Position numbers and translations under genes: made by a program
NCBI RefSeq assembly: GCF_000485595.1
Contig: NW_014577072.1
Location: 356,860 to 420,859 of the forward strand
DNA length: 64,000 nt
Direction: 5' to 3'
Source: Priapulus caudatus
Taxonomy: Eukaryota
Notes under the pieces: generated by a model
Told to the model about the DNA's origin: nothing
What the model saw: the letters and a program-made list of their open reading frames with translations, nothing else
The model's database searches: none
In this document: piece by piece, positions 1 to 14,017 of the stretch
Layout of the letters: every line of letters begins with the position of its first letter
Position numbering within the stretch: position 1 is the stretch's first letter

Positions 1-147
1 GCATGCATGCATGCATGCATGCATGCATTCACGCACGCACGCGCGCACGCACGCACGCACAAACGCACAAACGCACAAACGCACAAACGCACACACGCAC
101 GCGCGCGTGCGCGCACACACACATACCCCCCACACACATATATATAT
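1..147. repeat. Compound microsatellite (GCAT)n/(GCAC)n/(CA)n/(TA)n
   Basis: Direct reading. Confidence 0.9.
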
Positions 148-1130
148 TATCAGAAGTGAATAATAATTATTCACTCCTGATATTATAATACACCTACACA
201 GATGCATCGTATAATAGCTTACTTGAAACACCTTTTAAACGTTGCTGAAATGGTAGCTGTCAGTCGCAAACCACTTTCCAGGTCATATTAGGACAAGGAC
301 CAGATAAGGATTCCCACACGCGCGTACCAGAAATAGACTAGAAACATGTCATATACACAGCTCATGAAAGGAATAAGCACTTCCCCTTTGAAAGACTGCA
401 TGATTACTAACAATGCATCCAGGTAGCTGATGATATAATGACAGGCATGTCTGTAATAATGGTGACAATGTGGGGTACTTGGCTCTCGGTAGGTCCCTCC
501 TAACAGACAATAGCGTGTAATCTCTGTCTCTCCAGTGCTGTACAATTCATCCGTATTCCATGCAAGTGCCCGACTTAACAATGTACTGCCACAATACCTG
601 CCAATTAGCAGTGTCATTGCTTCCCACCTGGCCTATCGACCACGGTCTACCTATATAGTTCAAAGTACAGCCATAAGTCACAAGGACTGACCCATCGTTC
701 TATTCCAGGATCTCTCACCATCCGAGGTAGATGAAGGCGCATTACACTGTCTTACATCTGCTCGCTAAGAAGGCATACACATAGGGGGTTTCTTTTGGCG
801 AACAAGAAATTTAATCCAGACGGGAAAATTTTGTAAGATGGTTAAAAATGTAGAAGGCCTTATTACTATTTCCTAGTAAGAAAACGGACGAGGCTTGCCT
901 CCGCTGTTTTAATTTAGTTTTTGACGAAAAAGCCAAGCCATTTTTGGAATCAAATCCAAACATTGGTTTTAAATGCATTACTTCAAACTGACTACTACTA
1001 GTAACTAACAAGTCACGGCGCTAAGTTATCCAATGTTTACTATAGCACTACTTGAGTATACAAATTCAATACAATATAAAAAATGCAATGTCAATGTCTG
1101 TTCTGGCTCTTTCATTTCTCGCACTGAAGC

Positions 1131-1359
<229 letters not shown>

Positions 1360-2844
1360 GGGGAGTTTTTCTATCAGTATCATTCTCTATGAATGAACAC
1401 TATGGAAGTAGTGAAATGAGTTGAGAGATATGGAGGGGAAGGCCGATGCAGAGTTGTTAATTTGTTCATATTATATTTCATGCACTCAAATGATAATGGA
1501 ACGCGACCTACAACAAATTGCCTGCAGTTCAACAGTCGTTCCATTGATCGTATAGCTAACTACGTTGTGCATAAACGATGATTTTCAGCGTAAACATTTG
1601 TAAGTGATTCTGCGAGAACACAATGATAATAAAATCATTTTCCTACAAGAAAAAAAGGGAAAAAATGTGATATTTTCTTCGCTATAGCTTTTCTATTGCC
1701 CAGATTGGACATTACTTGACAGCTATTAAGGCAAGCAATGATGCCCAACACGGTCTATCTGGTGTAATAATGAAAACGAATAAAGTTGTCGCTCTTAATT
1801 TAACTTCGCATGTTTGTTCAGTAATTTATTTTGGCAGACATATATTTGGAGATAATGCAACATGAAAACCAGTCACTGGTTCATCAACTGTCCACGGTCA
1901 AGGAATTCCACTAAAAGCGAAGGGCGTTAAATTGCGAAGTGTGTGACAGCCATTATCGATGATTACCATGAAATACCCTAAACATGAACACCGGCATGCG
2001 CGCTAAATATTAAAAGCATCCCTTATCCAGAGCAATTTAAAATTTAATTGTTTGTTGTTCTTGGATTTGTTGTGATACTCGTAAGTAAGACCACAAGGCA
2101 ACTGGCGTACGCCCATCACTACACATCAGCCGAACAGCTGCTTACAGCTACATTGTCAGTATCGCATTCCCATTAAAATATGGCGCACACTGTTGAATGG
2201 AAAACATAGCATAACCCGAAAAAAATAAAAGGGGCCTGGATAGAAAACCCCATAGGAGAGAAACAATCGCCTTCAGCGTTATCCACACTGGCACGTTTTA
2301 CTAAGTCTTGCTCCCGGTGATTTTCCAAGACAAGTCCGATGATAGATGATCTCAGTTAAATTTTATTTCTACCAGACGTTTCTTTTTTTTCAAAGAAAAG
2401 TCATACACAATCATACTGGCAATGCGTCTGTACGTTACCGGCATATATGGCGAAGTAAAGCATACCACAAAGCAATGACGGTCGAATCAAACTTCTGCAT
2501 TAGTTCGCAAACTTTACCCTGATTACACCGAGAACTAGATAAGGCGCTCGAGAAAAAGAGAGGCCGACATCCATTTTTTTTCATCAACGCATTACAATCA
2601 AAACCTAGTGTCGACAATCTACGGACTCTTTTGGACTCACGCAGGAAAATATATAGTTGACAGTAACGGGATATAAGTGTAAACCAATGATGAAAAGCCA
2701 ACATTTAATCAGTTAAACAGATAATTACACGCGCCTTTTATAAGACAGCAACATCCCAATCAGCAAACGTCATCGTGATCATTAGCCTACGCTATCATTC
2801 AATCAAGTATGTCACCAATTAGTTCACCGTAATAGGCAAGCATA

Positions 2845-3030
2845 CAGGGGCGTGTACAGGATTTGTACCAGGAGGGTCTAACCGTAACCCAAACTTGCGA
2901 GCATGCGAAGGGGGGGGTGTGGGGGGGCCCTCCCCCAGAATGTTTTTGAAATTAGACCCCCTTAGATGAGTTTTCTGCGCGATCAGGGGGGGTCCGGACC
3001 CCCTAACCCCCCCCCCTGTACACGCCCCTG
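2845..3030. mobile_element. Non-autonomous TIR element (MITE), hAT-like CAG...CTG ends, 5-bp TSD
   Basis: TIRs CAGGGGCGTGTACAGG / CCTGTACACGCCCCTG; direct repeat GCATA at 2840-2844 and 3031-3035. Confidence 0.85.
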
Positions 3031-6000
3031 GCATATATGATATGCTGCGTGTTTAATGCTTCTCATATTATTTTTGTATTCGATCGTGCTCACCGATATA
3101 TACAAATATTAACTATTATTAGCGACGTAAAAAACGACAAAATTACGTTCATAAGCGATCCTTCTTAACTACTACAGAAAGTGTGCTTCCGTCAGATATT
3201 GTACTACGATCAAGCAAAATGAATACAAAAGACAACCCTACCTTGCTCACATTTCCTTGCCTTCCCTTTGCTGCGCATGGTACGAGCATAAATACATACT
3301 CATGCATGATGTACACGCGCACATCAGCCTAGCACTGATGGTCATGTTTCGTGATACCTAAGCGCATGCGCGTCGAGGCGCTAATCAATCCGTGGGGCAA
3401 GGGAGTCTGCTCTAGTCTACATCAGAGAAGACATTGATTAGTCGTAAAAACTTCGACGTATTTTCATCGTCGAGTACCCGGTGTTTAAGAGGATTCGTGT
3501 TCGAATGCGCGCGTCCGCGTTCATGAGCGAGTGCACTTTCTTATGCGCGAGTGCGTGTTCACATGCGCGCGCGCGTATATTCGTGCATGTGTGTGTGTGT
3601 GTGGGGGGGGGCATTATATACGTGGGTCGTAACAGGATTGATGAAACGTGATGGACTTGAGTTCAGGAGGGTCAAACCGTTGCAACCGTGTTTTAGCCGA
3701 GAATGTCATCATTCATCTGTACGTTTTCTTTATACCAGGAATGAACTAGTACACTCGAATACCGCACCGTTTTAGGACAGTTTAATTGCATATATGCATA
3801 GACGCGCCTGGCTGAGATAATTAAATATATGACCCGTCCTCGTATTATCGTATTAATGCAACCGAGAAGTTCGCGAAATCGTTAGAACTCTGCAGCAAAA
3901 ATCAGGGGCAAACTTCACCTTGCTGCAGTGGCTTATATTAATTATATTATAATAATTATATTAATTAAGCTTCGCCATCTCTTCAACTCAAGCTCAGCAG
4001 TTCGACGCCTATAGTTCACAACTAGCCACTGAACGATTATCATTAGCCACTACAAGAAATGAGCGTACTCATCTACTCTGGAAAGTTCACAGAAATGATT
4101 AGCAATATCGCGCATAGATTAAGCCTGGTGTTATGGGAACTTTACAAGTGCCTCGTGCGATAAAGCTTACCGAGTTTAGATCTGTAGCGTGGGAATGAGA
4201 AACGCTCTCACCAACCAAGAGACTCGAGGAGCACCTATAAAAATTCCAACAACGTTGACAGGGGCTGTTCGTGACCTTGGCTGCATCAGAGGTCATGCTC
4301 GCGCCACGACTCAGAACATCAAAATGCAATTAATCGCTTTTTTTATTATGTACATTGTACGAGCGAAAATGCGTTTTATTTTCCGCAAGAAAAACTCATG
4401 GTATTTGGAGTGGAGGGCATGATAGGAGGCCTCCAAGGGCGCACACAAAAGCGCCGCTGCTAAAAGTCCGTTCTACATTCATCGACTGGAATTTAAGTGA
4501 ATCATATATATATAGGCCCGCCATTCACATGCTTTACAACTGCGATCGTACGTGCCTCTGCCTTATATGGTGATGTAATAGTGAGCATTTTCGTTACGCC
4601 GGCTTGGCTGAGGTATCTTACGTATCGTCGTAATATTCGCAAATTCGACTAGACAAAAAGTAACGAAACCCGTGTTCCGAAAAATAAACGGGCTTGAGGT
4701 TTTTAAAACCAATTAAACCTCTTGCCGATAATGTTGTCTTGATTGACAGTTTCACTTTAAGAACAGCAAACATCAATGTCCAATATTTACGTTTCTTAGT
4801 CATGGCACCTCTGGCTTCCGATAATATGTGAGCGTTGAAGGGTTGTGTCTGGGAGTCATGGCGCCAGACCTATCATATCAGACAGTTTTAAACAGGTGGA
4901 ATGTCGCAGTGTGATATATTATGCAAAGATGCGAAGTTTTGTGTGACGCACCTACTTGCGTGGAGTAACAAAATTAAACTTTTTATTTTTGACGACAATT
5001 CGGAACGATTGCGCTGATATATTATGCAGAGAATATTACCAGTACGTGTTAGAATAAACAGCTAGGGAACTACAATGCGTGTTTATCTAGAATTCATAAT
5101 TAAAATTTTAGTTTACGTTTGTTGCAGTCAAATTTAAAGTGCGAGTAACATTGTTTGAAGATCTATCCTTTTGAGCAATAATGTAAAATCTTATATTTTC
5201 TCTATATGCTTTTGAAGTTCAGTTTACAAAAAATCGTAAATCGACCTTAATTGGGAGAACCTATGAGAGCATAACCAAAAGGAGACCATAAGACGATATA
5301 TTGCCCTATTTAACTCTTGATGCTCCAACAATGATATCAACGTATATACCGATGCAGTAGGTACTCGGTAGGTCCCTCCTAACAGACAATAGCGTGTAAT
5401 CTCTGTCTCTCCAGTGCTGTACAATTCATCCGTATTCCATGCAAGTGCCATAGTACCGATAAAAGCAAAACTCTATATCAAACCTATTAGGAAATCGTTA
5501 TATGCTAATAATTCGGCCTCGGACATGTAGCATGCAAGAAGGCTAGGCTTGTAGCCGCCTACTGGTTCCGGCGAACAGCGCCAGCGTGCGCGTGACGATG
5601 ACCATTAATGGCGCCAATCATGGCACCACGCGTGCCTATCAGTATCTGGTCGCGCGCCGCTGATGATGATCGATTGTTCTAAAGCGGCTCTACCCGGGAC
5701 AGGACATCAAAGAGCCCCACTTACGCTGGGGCTTACGTGTAGCGGTGATTGAGCACGATGACTGCGCGGGAGGAATCGACTGTTCATTGAGCACTCGACT
5801 CGCTAACGATCAAGAGCACGTGTCACCAGGTAGATATGCACTTCTCGTGTACTGCAAATGGCCCGCCTTGCCATTAGATATCGCACAATGCATCACGACG
5901 GGCATAATAACTCGGTCGATAATGCATCGATTTTGACGATACGTAATCTGACAACAACATTAAAGCGCATTTCTCGCTCGTTATCCTACCTAAAATTTTC

Positions 6001-6099
6001 CTATATATTACGATGCAATTATAAATAAAAATGATATATTCGTTAAAAACATCTTAACCGCCATGAACTAGTCTCTTAAATAGGCACCCCCGCCCCTCA

Positions 6100-6362
6100 C
6101 ACACTCGCACACTCCATACGCACGCACGCTCGAACATGCACATGCTAGCGCTATCACGCACGCGCACGCACATACACACATGCGCACAGACTCACTCGCC
6201 CACACGCACGCACGCACGGACGCGCGCACATGCGCAAGGACGTATGCACGCGTGGACGCACGCACAGACGGACGCACGCACTCACGGAGGCCGTCGTGCG
6301 CGCACGGGCGCGCGTACATATGCAGGCAGGCATGCAGGCAGGCGCGCGCACACATAGATGCA
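6100..6362. repeat. Degenerate (GCAC)n/(CA)n simple repeat
   Basis: Direct reading; source of several spurious R/A/H/T-rich ORFs. Confidence 0.8.
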
Positions 6363-6884
6363 TGGGTAATCATTGTTTTTATGTTATTAGTTTAGTTCTG
6401 GGTATTCTTTAATTGCGCAGCTGCGTTGTGGATAAAGGCGCAGAGAAATGAACCCCACAATGTCACGAATCATGCTTGTTATTAGACCGACGCTGAGGAG
6501 TCAAAACAAATCCTCAAGTATAAACATAAATGTCTGAAAAGATGGTTCCAATTAAATAGGTCTGTTTATTTACTGAAATGAAATCTCTTGTGGTGGCCAT
6601 CATTAAAAAAAGCAGTCACGTGTAATCGGGTATCAGTGACGTCATGTTTATCTTAGATCTTCGCATATCTTGAATGAAGTAACGACGATTCGCGCGGATG
6701 TAGCTAACCTTGGACATAACCTTGAAATTTACAGCATTTCTCCTCTCTTCGTAACTCCAACCTCATTCCGCATCACACCCAGATACACACACACGCATAC
6801 GCACACGGAGAAGCACACGCGCGCACACGCAGATTTAGCAATATAAACATCTTTGAGATTCATGGTATACACGTGCTAACGTGA

Positions 6885-7043
6885 GTATGCGAATGATCAG
6901 ACGTGAAACCCGTGTCAAACCGACTCTTGTTTATTTCTGAACATCCAACTATATATATATAGTTGGATGATACATATAGTTGGATGTTCAGAAATAAACA
7001 AGAGTCGGTTTGACACGGGTTTCACGTCTGATCATTCGCATAC
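6885..7043. repeat. Perfect 70-bp-arm inverted repeat
   Basis: 6885-6954 is the reverse complement of 6974-7043; 19-nt spacer. Confidence 0.9.
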
Positions 7044-8464
7044 ATCCGTGTGCGTATGTGTGTATATCACCCTCCTAACCCATCTGATTGGTGGTGAGTC
7101 AGCTCCCGAACAGGTAATGCTATAGCATCGGTTCATAATGCATACATTTTTAAATGCGCTGACGAAAAATGTATTGGTTCATGTAATTTAAGGTGTATTA
7201 TTTGTCCATGTAAGTTCGCGGTTACACTTGCACCACCTTCATTGCAAATTACTTCCATGTTTGAGGCAGAATTCAGCCTTACAGACAGGTATCATTTTTG
7301 CTCCAGTAAAACAATAAATTTGCAACCGATGCCCTGCATGTAATCTTTGTAAAGCATAGTCTTTTTAATTACTAGGGCGCATACCGAGAATTATGCTTTT
7401 CTGAATATAGATATATGCTACACGATACTGAGCGCTTTTAATATACAAAAGATATACTATGTAGGGCCTAACTTAAGAATGTAAAGATGATCCTGCTTAT
7501 TTATACCATCATGTTATACAATTATTTCTATATTATTGCCATACATATTATTTCTATCATCCACCGAATATAGCTTTTACAATGATTTTTTGTGTCATAG
7601 AATATATTTAATCAATAATCAATCGTTCAATAAAGATGAAACGAATGTTGAACCAGAATGACGCTGAAACTCTTGCTGTACAACATCAAATGGGTCAATG
7701 AATGTGTCAACCAAATGCCCAAACCAAGCACCCATATGAGTAACAACGCAGACACGTCTCCATGTTCAAATATAATTTTTTCCCCAATTCAGATATTCAG
7801 AGCTTTGATCGGTAACCGTGACAACACATCTCTACTGGCTTGACGTGTAAACACGTTTTAATTAGAGGACAGTATATTTGCACAGGTAGAGAACGAAGCC
7901 ATCTGCTTCATGCCATCTTCTCACTTGCGAAATGCTTTCCAACAAAATTGAAGACGTGCTTCTATGATTTTCCTATGATTTTACCTCAAAAGAGAAACAA
8001 ATATCTGACTTTAACAATACTGTTATTGTTATTTTTCCATCTATACTCAGAAGTAACAAAGAGCGGTCAGGGTATAATTATTCCCCCAAAACAGACACGC
8101 GCGATAAAGTAACGGTAGCGGATCAACGATCGACGACCGGATCTTGCAAATCAAAAATCTGCGACAAAATTAGTCCGTCGCGCCCCCTGCCGTTAACAAA
8201 TGTTAAAATAGAAAAAATACGCACCTCCAAGCATTCTCGTAATCCAACTAGGAAATTGGCGACATTTCCGCGTACTAATGAAGAACATTCAGCTAGATAT
8301 CAATGCCACATTTTAATCTCCTGTTTGAATCTATATTATCTATCTATTTTGCAAAGATTGTCTCTCGATCTCGTCAGCCAATATGTTACTATTACATTAC
8401 ATTACAAATTACATTACATTTACTATTATGTTTACTATTACATGTGTAGAGGATAGGCCGCATT

Positions 8465-8536
8465 TAGATACAATAATGTAACCCAAACACAGGATAGGTG
8501 ATTCCCTATCCTGTTTGGGTTACATTATTGTATCTA
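8465..8536. mobile_element. 72-bp palindromic micro-element (TAG...CTA) with 9-bp TSD
   Basis: TAGATACAATAATGTAACCCAAAC...GTTTGGGTTACATTATTGTATCTA flanked by GGCCGCATT at 8456-8464 and 8537-8545. Confidence 0.75.
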
Positions 8537-8667
8537 GGCCGCATTATGTGAATGGCTAATTTTGCGCCACTTTGTGTATGCATAGATTTCTGAAAGTAAA
8601 TCGCATGAATAAGTAAATATTAGGATTGCTTGACATCACAACGCACACGCGAAATAAGCGATATCAC

Positions 8668-8711
<44 letters not shown>

Positions 8712-8755
8712 AGTAGATAATAGGGAATCCCTATTATCTACTTCTGATATATATA

Positions 8756-9569
8756 CAGGCCCGTCGGAGCCGCTACGGTTGGTACGGGATTGACCGTACC
8801 ACTTTTCAGCCTAAAAAAAGAGAAAAGAAAAAAGGAGCTACTTGAGATCTACCATGACTCAGCAGCGCCTCAACCATCTTATGCTGTTACACGTCCACAA
8901 AAGATCATACAGATCGATTGAACCTGATTGAAGCTGCAAATGATTTTGTCAATGCCAATCACCATCGGCGTTCAGTTTTTGGCATTTTCACAGCATGTGA
9001 TTTGAGTTTTGCATGGAACCATCTGATTCTGATCAGTTACCTACCTGTAAGTATTGTTAATAAAACATTTGTAAATGTATGCTTAAACATTATGTAACAT
9101 TTTCGACATAAAATTGATGGAATTTTTTGGCATCTTACTAATGGATTTACCGATTTAGGATCGCAGACCGCAGTATCGTATATCGATCTCTTTCTGTGCG
9201 TGTGTGTGTGTGTGCGCGCGCGTGTGTGTGTGTTTAGTTGATGCACTGTATGAAGAGCTCTGCAGCTTGATCTCAATTTCTATTTAATGAAGAGTAATTT
9301 GTCATTTTCTGCAGTACAATGAAAGGATAAAAAAATCACTTTAAAGTGTGCTAAATTGCATGATTTGCACCCCCAATTCAAAAAAAGTTCTTACCCACAC
9401 CCTCCCCCGCTTGGTCGCTCCGCTCCCTCGCATCGTTTCCTGTCCCGTATTAAAATTTCTAAAATCTGGTCACCCTGTCTGCCCCTTCGAACCCCGCTGG
9501 GGGTTTCACCCCCAGTCCCCCACAGTCCACTGAAACCGTACCACTTTAAAATTCCTTCCGATGGGCCTT
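8756..9569 (+). mobile_element. Internally deleted hAT DNA transposon retaining the 3' end of the transposase
   Basis: Ends CAGGCCCGTCGGA / TTCCGATGGGCCT, repeated subterminal ACCGTACCACTTT, inserted in (TA)n. 8832-~9000 encodes RSYLRSTMTQQRLNHLMLLHVHK (1-nt frameshift) DHTDRLNLIEAANDFVNANHHRRSVFGIF, typical of the hAT C-terminal dimerisation region. Confidence 0.85.
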
Positions 9570-9820
9570 ATATATATATATATATCTGCCATGTTCTAGT
9601 GGTTGTAATATACGCAGCACATTATTTTGGGAAAGAATTAAGTTTATTCTAGCCCATGCATATGATCAGGAGGAACACACGAACATAATTTTAACGCACG
9701 ATATACTGCCATATTCCTGCGTCTGGTATGATTATGGCAATGCGCCCTTACGACTAATACCTCCGATAGGTGGCGGGAAAATGTCATATTCGACTCAGTT
9801 TATATAATATATTATATATA

Positions 9821-9852
<32 letters not shown>

Positions 9853-10951
9853 TCGTAACTCTGTTGTGACTTCTTTTCGCCTTCTTATTTTCTATCATCA
9901 TTATAACCACAAATTAGGGCATCGTACTTCTAGTGACGTAATCATCTCAACTTGTGGATGGTGTGGATCCGTTTTCTGTGGTGTGGTGGCGCTAAGTTCG
10001 ATTTTGTAAACAAACTTGAAAAATGTGAACACCAAGCGTGAACGTGACTAACACACCGTTGCATCCATCCATCCATCTGGTCTAGACTGCCTGGTCTGCC
10101 TGTGTCTGGCATTACGTCTGGTAAGCTTGGGCATTATGCGTTTGCACACTCTCTGCATGAGCATTTGTATTTGAGAGTATCTAAGTTGAAAATATGTTCT
10201 AAGTTTGCGGGTGATCATCATCATCATGCATGCATGCACTGCTGACTCAGTGACTGCATGCCCCCGTCTCCTGTCCTGGTTTCATCTTTACGTTTATTTG
10301 AGTTTAAATCATAATACATGGACACCGTATTACTGAAAACGTCAGAGAGTGGCATGACATGAGTGTTATGACATTGGCAATTGACATGTATTGACAATGA
10401 CAATGCAGTTGCGGTGCAACACATCACACTTGTACTGTATGCAAATGCAACCATGCACTACGAGTACACATCTTAGCGAACGTCGGAAGGGTAGGCCTAT
10501 ATATGCTAATAATAGTAATATAGCTCTAGTACTATAGCCCGCGTACAGTTGTACTAATGCTAATAGTAATAGTTATAATTATTTAGTGTATCATTTTGGC
10601 GCATTTCTTTGATTGACATATCATGAGATTGGATCTTTTCAGCATTGAGTCTGGCACTGCCCAAATGGATAGACTTTTGAGATCAAAAAATAAATGCTTG
10701 ATAGAACAACTTCACCATCAGCAGGCATGTATGCATATGTCCTTGGAGAAATTGCGTGGAGTTGAAGATGAGGGGCAGAACGCAAAACTGTACACTATAA
10801 GAGGTAAGCTACAGCAGTGCAGTTTCTGTGTTGGTAATTAGATTCTCATAAAAATTACCAGTAGGCCATTGTGAACGACCATAGCACAGACTGTGAGAGA
10901 GTTGGGGAAAGGAAAAATTATTGTTATTGTATCAGCATGTAAGTAATATAG

Positions 10952-13900
10952 GTGTCCGTTATCTCCATTATAGCTAAGCCAACTGATCATACTGAAAATA
11001 TGGCACAAGACCAAATGCTTCAAAATGTGAATGATGGAGATTTCATTCAACAGCAATACTCCAGCACACCTATATCATGTGGCACAAGGCAGGCACAGGC
11101 ACCTTACAATTGCACAATACACATCAATCAGCTACCGGAAGCAAACTGTGTTGTGCAGTCTGGAGATCATGAGGAAGGCATACAACTAAAGCAAACACGG
11201 AGCTGTATTGTCAACTCTCCAGTTAAAGTGCAGTATGTGAAGCCCACTGTAGACCGGTCCATACAAACTGATCAAGCCAAACTGCAAACTGTAGAAACAT
11301 GTACTACAACTGACTTGCCAGTGACACCGGATGTGAAAAATAATGCAGCGAACGGTGATTCTTTACGCATAAATGTCCTGAAGAAACGATATGATGCATT
11401 AAGAAAGTATTATCAGGATGGAATTGAAGACCAGCCATGTTTACAGCGGCCATCCCACACTCACACACCGCCAAGAGTTTCATGTGGGGAGCTTCACGAT
11501 TATTTTTACACCAACTACCCGTCAAGGTACTTCAGGGACCTTTCCAATGTATCACCTACACTTCAAAGAACAAATGGTAAAAGCTGGTTCGAAGCAAGAG
11601 GTCGGACGCCCATGTATAAAAGTGGAGGAATGAGATATCCCAGTTCCAGTAGCCGACCTAGTCCATATGATGCTGCGAAACAACAGCATTTATCACAAAA
11701 CCTGAGAGGACTTGATCTTTCCCACTTACGACAGAAGAAGGGATCAGATAATAAGGGATATGGTGTAAGGCATCAGGACTGCATGGGCCATGCCATGAAA
11801 GATAGAAGAGACAAAGTCCAGCCATTCCAGCTGTATGCGCCATGGTTAGACCTCAGGAAGGACAAAGGTGAGCAAACTGATCAAGTAGAAATGGTAAAGT
11901 TGCCTACACGCCTTATAGCAAACGAGGATGAATGTGCAAAGACTTATAAATGTGGTACCTCAAAGTTACCATCACATTTGTTGAAGGGCAAAGGTGAACA
12001 AACCGATCAGCATGATATATCTATGTTATCATCATATTTAAGGCAAGAATTTAAGGAAGGTAAACATCTTGACACGTTTAAAACAAGTAGAGACAGTAGA
12101 GTGGATAAAGGTGATCAAACAGTTGCTCTTGATCCATTGCAACTACGTTCAGATGATGTGCAAGAAGGACATGTTCCTAGTGCCTCTACAAGTGAAGTCA
12201 TAGTACTCCATCCACCATTAATACTGGAAGAATGTACAATTATGCAAAAAGAGCCAACTGTAAGAGAGAAAAAGAGTCAGTCATACTCAGGTCAGGGGAT
12301 GGGAGAAGATGTGCAGATTGAACAGTCCAATATATTTCAGTTATACGGAGGCCAAAATAGGCGAGATATACATGACGAACAACCAGAACTAAATAGGAGC
12401 AGTGTCAAATTGTTAAACAGCAAAGTCGTGCAGCAAAATGATTATGGTAATGTTTTGCACCAATTGAGTTCACGTTTGCAAAATGTAATGGGCATACATA
12501 ATGAACAATGTAGTATAGATCAACCAGGGTTAGACCTTTTTACTATTAATGAGGACTATGGGCAGATTGAGAACTCCAATGTTCATGACGGTTCTATTGC
12601 TCTAATGACGCATGCCGGGTTGTTGCAACTATATATTAGCCATGGCGTGGGTGAAAGTGAGGAAGCCGGAGAGCAGGTCAATACGCAATCTCAGTCAGAG
12701 CAAAATGATGGTGTAAGTATCGAAAGTGCAAAACTAAATGCATCTCAATTCCTGTTAAGTCCAGAGAAAGATGAGAGCAGTCTTGATAAGCAAGAAAAGT
12801 CATTTATAGAATCCGCTAATAATGCAGGAATAGAGGGTAGGGGTAAGCTACAAAATTACCAATCCTTCATGACTCAAACATTCACTAATCAGAGTGTTGA
12901 TACTACTAGTGATCATAATAGTCGAACGTTCAAAACAAGTGCAGAACATGTAGATTATAGTATTGAACGTAATGAAAAAAAATCCATTGTGTTACAAGCT
13001 TTCTCTGACTCGGAGCAAGATGATGATATCGATGGTAAGGATGTGGAACATATTTTGTTCCAAACACATACCCAGCTGGGGAAACCTAATAAAGAACATA
13101 ATGTTACAGTTTCAGGCAGGTCTAATTCTGATCAGGTGGAAGGGAATGTTAATAAGACCGAACAACGTAGTTTGTTTCGAACATCTTCAGAAAACGAGAA
13201 TAGTTTCGTTAGCGCGAATAAACAACCCATTGCATTACAAACATGTTCTTCCACTGAGATAGAGGGAGGTAATGTTAGAGCAAATGAAAACGGTGTTTTG
13301 TCCCAGACATGTGTAAAGGAAGTGCAGAATAATGTTGAGCACGGTGAAGAAAATCGTTTATCCCAAGCATTTTCAGCACCAGGGTACGATAAGATTGACC
13401 AGAATTACACTTGTATTTTCTTGCCACCAACGATCGTTACTAGCCAAGGAATAACTGATGGGTTGCTTACTCTGCCATCTATCATGGTACACTCTGACCC
13501 GGGGATGATTAGACAAATTAAAAGCGAACAGTGTGCGCTGTTCGAACTATATGCCGGCCAGGGCCGGAATGAAGATGTTCCAGAGGTCTGTAGTGTGGTG
13601 GAGTTTCACGCAGATCTAGAAAATGGCAGCTGCACTCAGAATATGGGAACACGCGAAATAGAAATAACTCGGGAAAATATTCGAGAGGAGCCGTGCTTCT
13701 TAGTTCTGTCACAAGATTCTCTTGAAAATAATAAAGATGCACAAGAAAGTCAAGAGGTAATCATATTACCGCAAGACAGTCGTGGGAATGCTAAAGAGAT
13801 GGAACGAGAAATTATGCAATCTGGATCAAAGGATAATAGCAATTTGTCATCTGCACAACCTGTTATATTGCAACCAGATTCTGAGCTGTGGACGGATGAC

Positions 13901-14017
13901 AGTTCGCAAAGAGATCTGCTTCAAGGAGGAGTTGAAAGCAGCGATGATGGTAATGTACGACGAGCTGTGAAGCCGGTGACAACCAATTCACCTATCGATG
14001 GAGGCAGTGGAAGAAAG
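10952..14017 (+). CDS. Giant first coding exon (~3.07 kb) of the MIIP-like gene; low-complexity Q/E/S/N/D-rich, probably disordered
   Basis: 1024-codon ORF 10952..14026, bounded by acceptor tatag|GTG (10951) and donor AAG|gtattg (14017); in frame with the exon at 14242. Confidence 0.8.

Noticed and set aside
288..770. Minus-strand ORF fragments with faint transposase- or esterase-like words (KYPTLS, VGSND)
   Set aside because: Interrupted by stops and too weak to assign.
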